Positions 37,768-47,822 of a stretch of DNA of 64,000 nt are shown one piece after another (the stretch's first letter is position 1; each line of letters starts with the position of its first letter). The translations under genes were made by a program, and so were the position numbers. The notes under the pieces were generated by a model. The model saw nothing but the letters and a program-made list of their open reading frames with translations, was not told the origin of the DNA and made no database searches. The stretch is from Capsulimonadales bacterium. GTDB taxonomy: Bacteria; Armatimonadota; Armatimonadia; Armatimonadales; Armatimonadaceae. The stretch spans positions 96,001 to 160,000 of the forward strand of contig JANRLW010000064.1 in the NCBI GenBank assembly GCA_033762295.1, in the 5' to 3' direction.

Positions 37768-39333
37768 GTGCCTTTGAGACAACGAACGTTTTCCCTTTTC
37801 CCCTTTCTCCTTGTCTTCCTTTGCGCTTTGGGGACCGAAGCAAAGGGGCAGGACTGGGAGCGATGGCGGGTCGGTAAGCCGTCCTGGAAAGTGACGGTTA
37901 AAGCGGTCGGTACCGTTTCGGGAACGATAACCCAGGCCGGACGGACGACCTTTTTCAATCATGATGTGAACTCCTCGGATGCCAAGATGCTGTGTGAGGG
38001 CACGCCGGCGCTTTGGCGAATGCCCTGCGCAATTTCCATCCATCGGCAGGTCACTTACACCGTCCGAATGGAATGGGTCTACCCGGACGGAACGATCGGG
38101 GACAAACCGGCCAAGAACGTCGTCGTCAGGACGTCCGCCGGCGCATTTTGGGCAGGCCCGTCGGGGAAGACCACGGGTTCCTGCGACAATGGCATCGGCG
38201 GTTCCAAATCTCCCGTGCCTCCCGGCGCCGGGGAAGATCAATCGACCGACAAGTGGCAGGTGATGGATGGCTCGAAGGGGGCCATTCAGTACGACGTCAA
38301 AACGTCGGCCCGGGTCTCGGTCAACGGGACAGCGGCCTCCAAAGCCTACCGATGCAATACCGCCGTCGACGCGGTGGCCTTTCCGGTCGCTCTGGTCCTC
38401 CAGGGAACGACGATCGACAAGGGCGGAAACCATCATCTGCTGATCGGTCAGGGACTGTCGGGATATGTGAATGTGAATTCGTATCCGTTTGAACCGCTCC
38501 AGCAGTCCGGATGGGCGTGGACCGTGCCGGGCTTGACGTTCCAATCGTGGACCGTTTCAAAGGATGCCACGTCGGCAACCGTTGTGAACGGACCCGGCCC
38601 CACCTATCTGTCCGGTTTTCATTGTTATTTCCGAAAAGCGGAGACGGAACAGATTCAAATCTCCTGTAATCTCAATGTCCTGACGCCGTCCGGACCGTTG
38701 GCGGTGATGGCGGTGGAAACCGTCAAGATCCATGAGCCGAATCATTCCCTGAAAGTCATCCGAATCGGACCCGTTTCCTTTCTGGTGAATGGGTCCGGGG
38801 TTCGAGCCGGGGGCAGTGCCGTCGCGGAGGCGGATCCGCCAGGAATTGAGTTTGAGGCGTGGGCCGACACCGACAAGATTGTCGATCAGGGCAATCAAAA
38901 CTTACCGATATTCCAACGGGGGGTAGGGTATTTCGGTCAACTCTGTGCTCTGTACCGACAGAGGAAAAACCAATTACCGGGTTGGAACTGGGTCCGAAAC
39001 ACCGGCAAATTCGTCCTGGATAATCGGTGGCCCTACACGACGGGAATGCGGGGACCGGGAAGAAACTCTGCAAGCGACAGCCCGGAACTCGGGTTCCGGT
39101 ATGGCGATTATGAATGTGAGGTAAACGATCACTTCGTTATGTACTACATGTACACGCCGCCCGGAACCGACGTGCAGGATGTTCCCCTGGCAACCGTTGC
39201 CTGGGTCTGGACGGCGAAAGGGCGCTCCGTCGAGGGTGTCTGGGGACCGAATCCTCCCGGTAGGGTGACGGCGGGTGGATCGACTCGGTGTTACGACCAT
39301 CCGGAATGGACCGACAAAGTCGTTCTCGATTGA
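37768..39333 (+). CDS. Hypothetical secreted beta-rich protein
   Basis: 521-aa ORF with signal peptide (start may be TTG 37774 after GGAGG); rich in Trp/Gly/Thr; no family recognised. Confidence 0.7.
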   Translation: MPLRQRTFSLFPFLLVFLCALGTEAKGQDWERWRVGKPSWKVTVKAVGTVSGTITQAGRTTFFNHDVNSSDAKMLCEGTPALWRMPCAISIHRQVTYTVRMEWVYPDGTIGDKPAKNVVVRTSAGAFWAGPSGKTTGSCDNGIGGSKSPVPPGAGEDQSTDKWQVMDGSKGAIQYDVKTSARVSVNGTAASKAYRCNTAVDAVAFPVALVLQGTTIDKGGNHHLLIGQGLSGYVNVNSYPFEPLQQSGWAWTVPGLTFQSWTVSKDATSATVVNGPGPTYLSGFHCYFRKAETEQIQISCNLNVLTPSGPLAVMAVETVKIHEPNHSLKVIRIGPVSFLVNGSGVRAGGSAVAEADPPGIEFEAWADTDKIVDQGNQNLPIFQRGVGYFGQLCALYRQRKNQLPGWNWVRNTGKFVLDNRWPYTTGMRGPGRNSASDSPELGFRYGDYECEVNDHFVMYYMYTPPGTDVQDVPLATVAWVWTAKGRSVEGVWGPNPPGRVTAGGSTRCYDHPEWTDKVVLD

Positions 39334-39351
39334 GAAAGCGAGGAAAAGAAG

Positions 39352-40290
39352 ATGAATTCCAAACATATGACGGTAATGTTGGTTGCCCTTCTCCTGATCG
39401 AAGGAGGCTGTCTGGCATTGGCGCAGACCGGTGATGTGCGGACGCGGAAAGACAGATGGGAGGCTCAGGATCGCTATGTCGCGCGTCAACGCGCGGAGAT
39501 CGCGAAAGCGGAGGGGCATGCGGAAAAGGGATGGACGTCTCTGCACGCGGGCGACCTCCGGACAGCCGAGAGCGAATACCTGGAAGCGATTCGCATCCAC
39601 AACGACGACCGATATCGCTTCGCCCTCGGTCGGATTTACGAACGAATGAACCGGCCTGCGGATGCCTTCCGGGTGTACGGCTCGGTTTTGAAACCGCAGG
39701 ATGGTAGTTCTTCGACCGCTGAGAACGAGCCGGTATGGCTGCTTCGATACGCGGTGCTGGCCCGGAAGTTAGGTGACCTGGGCGAGGCCGAGTGGGCGGC
39801 CAACAAAGCCTGGGAAAACCGTGAACGACTGGACGACATTGGGGGGAACAATGTATTGGAGATGGTCCCCCGGTTCGGCGGTTCGATCGCCCGGTACCCC
39901 CTGAACGTCGTATCGGAACTCGCCTTCGTGGCGGAATTTTATGGCGCACCGGATATCTATGAAGACGTCCCCGAAATGCCCAACGGCCATCTGGTAAATC
40001 ATGAGTCGGATCGGAAGTCGTTTCTGGCCGCGTTGCGTGCCGCCGAAGCCGGGTCGAAGGACCCCCGAATCCTGGCGATCGTCCATTTCGTGTGGGCCGG
40101 AGTGTACAGTTCCCGGTTCTATGAAAGCGAACGCCGGGGCGAACCGATCGAAATGCGGAAGAAATGGCGCAAAGCACAGTACGACGCCTACCACCTGGTA
40201 GCCCGGTACGACCGCGCGAACAAGTACTTTTACTCCGCACTGAAAAGCTACTTCGGTCCCCCGGACCTGGCGGCGATGTACGGCGAGTAG
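39352..40290 (+). CDS. Secreted TPR-like helical protein
   Basis: RBS GAGG; signal peptide; GDLRTAESEYLEAIRI...RFALGRIYERMNRPADAFRVY TPR-like motif. Confidence 0.72.
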   Translation: MNSKHMTVMLVALLLIEGGCLALAQTGDVRTRKDRWEAQDRYVARQRAEIAKAEGHAEKGWTSLHAGDLRTAESEYLEAIRIHNDDRYRFALGRIYERMNRPADAFRVYGSVLKPQDGSSSTAENEPVWLLRYAVLARKLGDLGEAEWAANKAWENRERLDDIGGNNVLEMVPRFGGSIARYPLNVVSELAFVAEFYGAPDIYEDVPEMPNGHLVNHESDRKSFLAALRAAEAGSKDPRILAIVHFVWAGVYSSRFYESERRGEPIEMRKKWRKAQYDAYHLVARYDRANKYFYSALKSYFGPPDLAAMYGE

Positions 40291-40369
40291 AGAGGCTTAG
40301 CGAGTAGTTTAGCGAGAGGAGAGACCACCTCGCTCCGGCAGGGATTCCGTGCCGGAGCGAGGGCAAATC

Positions 40370-41509
40370 CTAATCGAGGAGTTCGTAACGGGTGTTGCGG
40401 CGACGGGGGGTGTATCCGGCATCGGTAATCAGGCGTTCGATGTCCTCCGGCGAGACGTGAAAGACACAACCGGCCGCCGACACGACGTTCTCCTCCATCA
40501 TCGTGCTGCCGAAATCGTCCACACCGTAGGACAGAGATAACTGGCCGATCTTCGGCCCCTGGGTCACCCAGGATGCCTGGATGTGCGGGAAGTTGTCCAG
40601 CATCACCCGACTGACCGCGATCGTTCGCAGGTAATCGAAGGCCGTCGCGCGTGTCCCGCCCAGTTCGGTGCCGTCCGGCTGGTAACTCCAGGCGATGAAG
40701 GCGCGAAAATGCGCCGGGGAGGTCGCTCGCGACTCGTCCTGCAGATCGCGCAGTTTCATCAGGTGCTCGATCCGGTCCTCCGCTGTGTCGATCGAACCGT
40801 ACATCATCGTCGCCGTGGAGTAAAGACCGACCCGGTGGGCGACCCGCATGCAATCCAGCCACTCCTCCGCCGTATCCTTGTAGGGCGAGATGAAGTTGCG
40901 GACGCGATCGGTCAGAATTTCCGCGCCGCCCCCCGGAATCGACGCCAGTCCCGCGGTCTTCAAACGAGTCAGCGTTTCCGCCATGCTCAGCTTGCTGATG
41001 TTCTTGATATAGATCAGTTCGGCGGGCGAGAAGCAGTGAAGGATGACGTGCGGGAACCGCTCGCGCATCGACGACAGCAGATCCTCATACCATTCGATCT
41101 TGAGCTTCGGGTTCAGACCGCCCTGCATCAGCACCTCGACCCCCCCGACCTCGGTCAACTCCTGCAGCTTGGCGAAAATCTGTTCCTTCGTCAATACATA
41201 GCTTTCCCCGCTTTTATCACCGGGCGTACGGTAGAAGTTGCAGAACGAACAGCGGACCCAGCAGACATTGGTATAGTTGACGTTGCGCCCGACCACATAG
41301 GTGACGATCCGCTCCGGGTTCAGGCGGCGGCGAACGACGTCGGCGAGCAGGGAAAGGTCGGCCAGATTGGGATGCTGAAGGAGGCGCAAACCGTCCTCGG
41401 CGGAAAGGCGCACCCCATCGAAGACCTTGTCCGCGATATCGGTGATATCGCTGTCGGGGCCGCGTCGGGTCGGAACGGTGACGGGCAGAACCGAATCGAG
41501 GAGGGGCAT
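40370..41509 (-). CDS. mqnC: Cyclic dehypoxanthinyl futalosine synthase (radical SAM)
   Basis: RNVNYTNVCWVRCSFCNFYR, LMQGGLNP, SIPGGGAEIL, TATMMYG, HIQASWVTQGPKIGQLSL.YG.DDFGSTMMEENVVSAAG. Confidence 0.92.
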   Translation of the reverse strand: MPLLDSVLPVTVPTRRGPDSDITDIADKVFDGVRLSAEDGLRLLQHPNLADLSLLADVVRRRLNPERIVTYVVGRNVNYTNVCWVRCSFCNFYRTPGDKSGESYVLTKEQIFAKLQELTEVGGVEVLMQGGLNPKLKIEWYEDLLSSMRERFPHVILHCFSPAELIYIKNISKLSMAETLTRLKTAGLASIPGGGAEILTDRVRNFISPYKDTAEEWLDCMRVAHRVGLYSTATMMYGSIDTAEDRIEHLMKLRDLQDESRATSPAHFRAFIAWSYQPDGTELGGTRATAFDYLRTIAVSRVMLDNFPHIQASWVTQGPKIGQLSLSYGVDDFGSTMMEENVVSAAGCVFHVSPEDIERLITDAGYTPRRRNTRYELLD

Positions 41510-41647
41510 AACGGCGCCTTTCTAGTTTGTGCCGGAATTCACAATGTTATGCCGTAGTGTACTGCCGTGATTTCCGGTTGTCAAGCCGGGCGGAAGATTC
41601 CCGTCGTCAAACGGGGATGTTCCGCCCGATTTCCGTGAGAAACCCGG

Positions 41648-43249
41648 TCAGGACAGTTCGACCGACAACGCCTCCTGGGTGATTTCGACGTTCCCGGAAA
41701 CGGTGGAAACCGTCAGTTTGCCGGTTCCCGCGCCGATGGTGTCCGAAACGGTGATCAGCCCGGACGCCGACAGCGTCTTTTCCTTGCCGTCCGGTCCCCG
41801 GAAGGACGCCTTGATATCGCCGCCCTTGGTCGTCACGTCGAGGGTGAGATCGGTCGCCTTCGGCAGACGGACGGCAATGTCGCCCGAAATGGCCGCCAGG
41901 AAGTACTTGCCGTTCGAAACGGATTTCCCCGGTTCCAGAGCGATGGTCCCGCTGACGGTTTCCAGGTTGGTATCCTGATCGAACGTGGTTTCGCCGACCT
42001 CGACATCCCCGGAAACCGACTTGACCCGCAGAGTCCGACCGGTGAGACTCCGGACTTCGGCATCGCCGGAGACCGTCTCCACCAGAACGGTCGGGATCGT
42101 CGCCGATGTGAGCGAAACGTCGCCGCTCTGTGAGGTCGCCTTGAACTGGTTTCCGGAGATACGAAGCGCCTTGATATCGCCGGACGCCGACGACGCCTGC
42201 ACGTTGCCAAGGATGCCTTCCACGGCGATATCCCCGGACGCGGTTTCGGCGGCGACATCGGCGGCGATTTCGGACGCGCGAGCGTCGCCGGACTGGGTCG
42301 CGACTACCACCGCCGCCTTCATCTGGCTGACCGAGACGTCTCCGGACGGCGAGAGAAGGGAGACACGCGCCGTTTTGGGGACGAACACTTTGAGGTGCAG
42401 CGAGACACGCCGGACGCGCGGCGGATGCTGGACGGTGACGTTCGGGCCTTCCGGCGTCTGCTCCACCTGCAGCGAAATCTGGGAGGCCAGGGTTTCGGCG
42501 GTGGCTTTATCCTGCGCCCAGATCTTCAGAACCCCGGCGATACGCGCTTCGGGCACGTCCGCGCCCTGCGCCTCGATATCCCCCAGAGAGTTGCGAACGC
42601 GCAGCATCCCGCCCGAGGGGACCGGGGCGGTCGCTTCGCGCGGCGCGGAAACGGTCGGTTCGCCCTGCATGTCGGAAAGGTTGAGATGCAGGTCCAGATT
42701 CAAATCGCCGAGCGACGATCGGACCTGTCGGGCGACCCGTCGCGCCTGACGTCGAGCGGACGCCGCCAGCCGTTTCGGGTCGCGCAGCGCCTCCGCCAGC
42801 GTTCGTGCCGCCGGCACGTCCTTCAGCGCATCGGCGAGCGAATCCAGGGGATTGGGCGAGTCCTCGGCCTTGTTGATTTTTTCCTCGGCGGCATTGAGCT
42901 TTTCATGGACGCCGGCCACCTGTTCCTTGGCGTTGGCGATCCGGGCGCGTGCGCGCTCGAACGCCTCTCCGGTCGCGGCATCCGCCGGGGAGGGGGGCGC
43001 AGGGGTCGGTGGAATCGGCGGGACGGGCGGAACCGGGGGGATCGGCGGTACGGGAACCTCGTCGAGTTCGACGCGGAACTGCGGAGGGGTAGGCACCCCG
43101 GCCGGCGGAGGCGGCGGAACCGGAGCCGGCGGCACGGCGGAACGTTGTTCGCTTTTATCGACCGCGCTGAGCAGTTCGGCTGCTTGCTCGGCGGTGATCG
43201 TGCCCTCCTGCAGCATCTTCAGAATCATCAGGTTTTCTTCACGGGCCAT
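41648..43249 (-). CDS. DUF4097 beta-strand repeat protein with N-terminal SHOCT-like domain
   Basis: EENLMILKMLQEGTITAEQAAELL; Pro-rich linker; many T.SGD repeats. Confidence 0.88.
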   Translation of the reverse strand: MAREENLMILKMLQEGTITAEQAAELLSAVDKSEQRSAVPPAPVPPPPPAGVPTPPQFRVELDEVPVPPIPPVPPVPPIPPTPAPPSPADAATGEAFERARARIANAKEQVAGVHEKLNAAEEKINKAEDSPNPLDSLADALKDVPAARTLAEALRDPKRLAASARRQARRVARQVRSSLGDLNLDLHLNLSDMQGEPTVSAPREATAPVPSGGMLRVRNSLGDIEAQGADVPEARIAGVLKIWAQDKATAETLASQISLQVEQTPEGPNVTVQHPPRVRRVSLHLKVFVPKTARVSLLSPSGDVSVSQMKAAVVVATQSGDARASEIAADVAAETASGDIAVEGILGNVQASSASGDIKALRISGNQFKATSQSGDVSLTSATIPTVLVETVSGDAEVRSLTGRTLRVKSVSGDVEVGETTFDQDTNLETVSGTIALEPGKSVSNGKYFLAAISGDIAVRLPKATDLTLDVTTKGGDIKASFRGPDGKEKTLSASGLITVSDTIGAGTGKLTVSTVSGNVEITQEALSVELS

Positions 43250-43271
43250 AGTCAGGAATCCTTTCGGAAGG

Positions 43272-43469
43272 TTAACGGTAGGAGATCAACCCGAGCGGCG
43301 CGGGACGACCGACCGGGACCGCGCCGCGCGAACCACGGTGTCGGACGGACTCGACGGGTGCCGCAGGGACCGCCGTCCCGGTTTCGGAGCGCGTTTCGGG
43401 AGAACGTCGGACAGGGGGAAGGGTGTTGACAGGCGGCGGAACCGGCTGTGAGGGTGTGTTTTCTTTCAT
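43272..43469 (-). CDS. Possible small Pro-rich hypothetical protein
   Basis: 65-aa ORF filling the gap between the co-oriented DUF2089 and DUF4097 genes; no recognisable domain. Confidence 0.3.
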   Translation of the reverse strand: MKENTPSQPVPPPVNTLPPVRRSPETRSETGTAVPAAPVESVRHRGSRGAVPVGRPAPLGLISYR

Positions 43470-43486
43470 CTTTCACCAGGTTAACT

Positions 43487-43879
43487 TCATAGGTGGCGCA
43501 GGCGTTCGGCGGCCTCCTCCGGCGAAAGGAGGCCCGACTCCACCTGCGTCAGCAACGTACGTCTCTGTTCCGCTGCCGTGTCATCGTTCGCTTCGTGGCG
43601 AAGCGCCGCTTCCAGCGCTTCCACCGCGGCATCGAGTCGAGCGCGGACCGTCGGATAGGAGATACCCAGCGCCCGCTCCACATCCCGTATCACCCCACGA
43701 CAGAGCACAAACGTCTCAATAAACGCCTGATGCTCGGGCGCGACACGGGCCAGCGCCGTTGCGGAAAACCGTCCGGCTAGCCGGGTCCGGCACTCCGTGC
43801 AGGTCAACTCGGTAATCTCCAGCGATGCCTCACAGACCGGACAGGCGGTCAGGGAGCGTCGCTCCGCGCGTTTCGTCAT
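43487..43879 (-). CDS. DUF2089 family protein (zinc ribbon + HTH + SHOCT-like)
   Basis: CPVC..L.IT.L.C..C.T...GRF; F...RG.I..VER.LGISYPTVRARLD; GLLSPEEAAERL. Confidence 0.9.
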   Translation of the reverse strand: MTKRAERRSLTACPVCEASLEITELTCTECRTRLAGRFSATALARVAPEHQAFIETFVLCRGVIRDVERALGISYPTVRARLDAAVEALEAALRHEANDDTAAEQRRTLLTQVESGLLSPEEAAERLRHL

Positions 43880-44047
43880 CTCAAGGACACCCTTCCTCCT
43901 CTCCACGTTACCATCGATCCTTAAAAAAATTGAGTTCGACCTGAAAAAAATCAATACGATACGCGATTTTTGGTGCGGAACCGTTTATTGTTCGCTGTCC
44001 GTCGAACGATAAGGAAGTGAAGTTCGACATTGATCTAAGGAGTTTTC

Positions 44048-45208
44048 ATGAAGTCCATCGAACCGAACGAGCGGCGTGTCGCCGCCCGGCGACAGACCGC
44101 CGTCCGACACCGACATACCGGCGATTCCCTCCTGCGATGCCCCGGAACGACCCGTCTCGACGGCTCCGACGTCCCGTCGCTGGTCGGGATGTACCTGGGG
44201 CATCGATCCCCGATCGACCTCCGAAGCGCCGATCTGCGGGGCGCGGACCTGACCGATGCGGATGTGACCGGACGGGACCTTTCGGATGCGGACCTGACCG
44301 GCTGCCGGTTGACCGGGGTCCGGTACGATCGATTCACCCGCTGGCCCTCCGGGTTCGACCCGAGCCTGGCCGGGACGGTCTTCGTTCGCCCCGACCTCGG
44401 CGGGATTCGATGGGCGGGCCGCGACCTGTCGGGTGAGGATCTGACCGGGGCGAACCTGCGGGGCGCGGAATTGGTCGACGCCAACCTGCGGCACGCACTC
44501 CTGAACGGAGCGCAGATGAACGGCGCGAACCTCTGCGGCGCCGACCTGACGGGAGCCGATCTGACCGATGCCGTACTGGCCGGGATACGCTCCGACGAAC
44601 GGACCGTCTGGCCGGACGGGTTCGATCCGAAAGCGGCGGAGACGCCGAAGGAAGTTCCGCTGACGCTGGATCGACTGACGGCCTTTCTGAAAACGATCGC
44701 CGATCCCGCTCGTCTGAAGATTCTCGGTTTTGTTTCGGCGGAGGAAGCGACGGTGGAGGAGATTGCCGATGCGCTCGAACTGGCCGAAGCGACCGTCTCC
44801 CACCATCTGGCCCGCCTGAAAGTGGAAGGACTGGTGACCGTTCGCCCGGACGGAACCCGGCGGCCGCACCGAACCGATACCGAACGCCTGAACGGAATGC
44901 TGTCGAACCTGCCGAAAGAGATCGTTCGCCTGGCCCGCGGCGGAGCGGACCCGGTCGTTTTCGAGAACAAAGTGCTGGAAACGTTCTTCGACGGAGAGCG
45001 ACTGCGCGAACTCCCCGCCCGCAGCATGAAGAAACAGCGGATCGTCCTGCAGCGGATCGTGCGGAGTTTCGAACCGGGGGAGCGCTATCCGGAAAAGCAG
45101 GTCAACGAGATCCTGAAGAAGCACCATCCGGATTTCGCGACATTGCGGCGATACCTGGTCGATTACCGTTTCATGGCGCGAGAGAATAATGTCTACTGGC
45201 GTCTTTAG
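44048..45208 (+). CDS. Pentapeptide-repeat / ArsR-HTH / DUF2087 fusion protein
   Basis: ADLRGADLT-type repeats; LKTIADPARLKILG...TVSHHLARL (ArsR); FFDGERL..LP...KK...VL..I...FEPG.RY.EK.VN..L...H.DFATLRRYLVD (DUF2087). Confidence 0.85.
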   Translation: MKSIEPNERRVAARRQTAVRHRHTGDSLLRCPGTTRLDGSDVPSLVGMYLGHRSPIDLRSADLRGADLTDADVTGRDLSDADLTGCRLTGVRYDRFTRWPSGFDPSLAGTVFVRPDLGGIRWAGRDLSGEDLTGANLRGAELVDANLRHALLNGAQMNGANLCGADLTGADLTDAVLAGIRSDERTVWPDGFDPKAAETPKEVPLTLDRLTAFLKTIADPARLKILGFVSAEEATVEEIADALELAEATVSHHLARLKVEGLVTVRPDGTRRPHRTDTERLNGMLSNLPKEIVRLARGGADPVVFENKVLETFFDGERLRELPARSMKKQRIVLQRIVRSFEPGERYPEKQVNEILKKHHPDFATLRRYLVDYRFMARENNVYWRL

Positions 45209-45246
45209 GCGCGAAAAACGGCGGCGGCGGCGATAAAATACCGGAT

Positions 45247-47145
45247 ATGTCCATGCCCGAAACCTCGTCGCCGATCGCCGTCGCCATCGAATTGACGCTG
45301 AGCGAACGGCTCGCCACCCTCCCCCCCAACCCGGGCTGTTATCTCTACAAGGATAAGGACGGAACGGTGATCTACGTCGGAAAAGCCGTCCACCTCAAAA
45401 ATCGCGTCCGGTCCTATTTCCAAAAGTCGGCCAACCACTCCCCGAAGACCAGGCGTCTGGTCGCCCAGATCGCCGACATGGAGATCATCGTCACCGATAC
45501 CGAACTGGAAGCGCTGGTGCTGGAATGTAACCTGATCAAGAAATACCGGCCCAAGTATAATGTTCGTCTGCGCGATGATAAGCAATATCCCTACCTGATG
45601 CTGACCACCGCCGAACCGTTCCCCCGTCTCCTCGTCACGCGCCGCGTGAAACAGGGAGACGGAAACCGCTATTTCGGCCCCTACACCAACTCGTTCGCCG
45701 TCCGTGAAATGTCGCAGATGGCGCATACGCTGTTTCCTCTTGTGACGTGTAAAAAATACTGGACGAATCGCCAGGAGCAGCGCCCCTGTCTCTACCACCA
45801 TATGGGGCGATGCCCGGAAGCGCCGTGTGCGGGAATGGCCGACCGCGAGCGGTACTGGGAAGGGGTTCGGGAAGCGGAGCAGTTTTTGGAAGGGCGGCAC
45901 GATCGGCTATCGAAGGAACTTGAACGCCAGATGGAGGCCGCCGCCGAGGATCTTCAGTTCGAACGGGCGGCCAAACTCCGGGATCGGATGCAGGCGGTCC
46001 GCACGATCAGCGAAAAACAGAAGGTCGTCAGCACCCATACGGGGGATCAGGATGTCATGGCGGTCGTCGCCGATGATTCCGGCGCGGCGGTGCAGATGTT
46101 TTTCGTCCGCGCCGGAAAACTGGTCGGGCAGGAGACATTTCTGCTCGACGGAACCGAAGGGGAGAACGGCGTTCAGGAGGCGACCGCCGAGTTCCTGAAA
46201 CAGTACTATCAGGACGCCGCCTTCGTGCCCGCCGAAATCCTGTTGCCGACCTATGTCGAGGAGGCGGAGATCATCGAGTCCTGGCTCCGGCAGAAGAAGG
46301 GGACGAAAGTCGCGCTGACCGTGCCGAAGCAGGGCGAGAAGAAGCGTCTGATCGAGATGGCGGCGACGAACGCCCAGCTGGCGCTCGAACAGGTCCGCGC
46401 GACCGCCGCCGCCGAACAGAGTCGCATCGAGAGCGCATTGCGCGAACTGGCCGATGCCCTCGGGATGCCCGATAACCCCCTCCGGCGTATCGAGGCATAC
46501 GATAACTCCAATGTTCAGGGACGTCATGCGGTTGGCGGCATGATCGTGTTCGAGCAGGGAAAGCCTAAAAAAAGCGAATACCGACGCTTCAAAATCGAGC
46601 AGTCGGAGGGCGATCCGAACGACTTCGCGATGATGTTCGAAATGCTGACCCGGCGATTCAACCGGATGTCGGACGGCAGCGCCAAATTCGCCGCCGAACC
46701 CGACCTGATCCTGATCGACGGCGGCAAAGGGCAATTATCGGCGGCGCAGGCGGCGATGAAACAGTTCGGCTACGATTTCCCGATGATCGGTCTGGCCAAA
46801 CAGTTCGAGCAGGTCTTCCTCCCGAACGAACCCGAACCGATCGAGTTCGCCCGGAACTCGCCGGCGTTGTTTTTGTTACAGCGAGTGCGGGACGAAGTGC
46901 ATCGTTTCGCCATCGCGTACCACCGTAACGTCCGGGGCCGTGCCGCCCGGATGTCCGTGCTGGACGAAATCCCCGGAATCGGACCCCTTCGTCGCCGGGA
47001 ACTGCTCCGCTTTTTCGGATCGGTAGAAAAGATGCGCCAGGCCTCGGTCGAGGACTTGATGAAAGCGCCCGGAATGAATCGGAAAGTCGCGCAGGACGTT
47101 TTTGAGCATTTGCAGGGGGCCGACAAAGGAAAGTCGTCGAAGTGA
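45247..47145 (+). CDS. uvrC: Excinuclease ABC subunit C
   Basis: PGCYLYKD...IYVGKA..LKNRVRSYF (GIY-YIG), LRDDKQYPY, FERAAKLRD, RIEAYDNS, PDLILIDGGKGQL, RDEVHRFA, C-terminal HhH. Confidence 0.97.
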   Translation: MSMPETSSPIAVAIELTLSERLATLPPNPGCYLYKDKDGTVIYVGKAVHLKNRVRSYFQKSANHSPKTRRLVAQIADMEIIVTDTELEALVLECNLIKKYRPKYNVRLRDDKQYPYLMLTTAEPFPRLLVTRRVKQGDGNRYFGPYTNSFAVREMSQMAHTLFPLVTCKKYWTNRQEQRPCLYHHMGRCPEAPCAGMADRERYWEGVREAEQFLEGRHDRLSKELERQMEAAAEDLQFERAAKLRDRMQAVRTISEKQKVVSTHTGDQDVMAVVADDSGAAVQMFFVRAGKLVGQETFLLDGTEGENGVQEATAEFLKQYYQDAAFVPAEILLPTYVEEAEIIESWLRQKKGTKVALTVPKQGEKKRLIEMAATNAQLALEQVRATAAAEQSRIESALRELADALGMPDNPLRRIEAYDNSNVQGRHAVGGMIVFEQGKPKKSEYRRFKIEQSEGDPNDFAMMFEMLTRRFNRMSDGSAKFAAEPDLILIDGGKGQLSAAQAAMKQFGYDFPMIGLAKQFEQVFLPNEPEPIEFARNSPALFLLQRVRDEVHRFAIAYHRNVRGRAARMSVLDEIPGIGPLRRRELLRFFGSVEKMRQASVEDLMKAPGMNRKVAQDVFEHLQGADKGKSSK

Positions 47146-47169
47146 GACAAAAGATGGATCGGTCGCCTT

Positions 47170-47197
47170 GAACTTTCCGGCGGTGACGTTTGTAGAA
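47170..47197 (+). promoter_or_regulatory. Possible autoregulatory ECF-sigma promoter
   Basis: GAACTT at 47170-47175 with GTAG 18 nt after GAAC, upstream of the ECF sigma gene. Confidence 0.3.
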
Positions 47198-47258
47198 CTG
47201 CCCGGAGGAACAAAGCGAAACGATGTTTGCTTTTGAAGGCCGTTTTTTCGGGAGGAAC

Positions 47259-47822
47259 ATGACGGAGCGAGAACGGTTTGCCCAGATCGCCAAGCAGTGC
47301 GAGGCGGCGTTGATGCGCGCGGCGCTGCGTCTTTGTCGTGGCGGCAATGACTGTGCTCAGGAACTGGTACAGGAGGCGCTGGTCAGAGGATACGAGGCGT
47401 TTCGCGCCGGTAAGTTCCGCGAAGGGTTCAGTCCTTCCGCCTGGCTGACGCGGATCCTGACCAACAATTTCATCAACGAATATCGCCGGAAGCAAAAGTG
47501 GGACGCCGGGGTCGATGTCGACACCCTGACCGCGGGTGGCGAGGTGGGACCGGAAAGTACCCGCGCCCGCGCCTCCGAGGTGCCCGAATCGGCGCTCCTG
47601 GAGGGGGAGTTTGACGAACCGCTCGAAAAGGCGCTCAACGCGTTGCCCGAAGGTTTGCGAATCGTGGTGCTCCTGGTCGACGTCGAGGAACGCTCCTATC
47701 AGGAAGCCGCCGAACTGTTAAAAATTCCGGTCGGTACGGTCCGTTCGCGGTTGTCACGCGCCCGGTACGCTTTACAGGATATGCTGAAGGAATATGCGCG
47801 AAACCGAAGGATCATCTCATGA
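47259..47822 (+). CDS. ECF RNA polymerase sigma factor
   Basis: RBS GGGAGG; AQELVQEA, AWLTRILTNNFINEYRR, LVDVEERSYQEAAELLKIPVGTVRSRLSRAR. Confidence 0.93.
   Translation: MTERERFAQIAKQCEAALMRAALRLCRGGNDCAQELVQEALVRGYEAFRAGKFREGFSPSAWLTRILTNNFINEYRRKQKWDAGVDVDTLTAGGEVGPESTRARASEVPESALLEGEFDEPLEKALNALPEGLRIVVLLVDVEERSYQEAAELLKIPVGTVRSRLSRARYALQDMLKEYARNRRIIS

Noticed and set aside
37485..40330. Possible genomic island integrated at tRNA-Ala
   Set aside because: The orphan genes lie on the tRNA's 5' side; no integrase and no duplicated tRNA 3' end (att) was seen.
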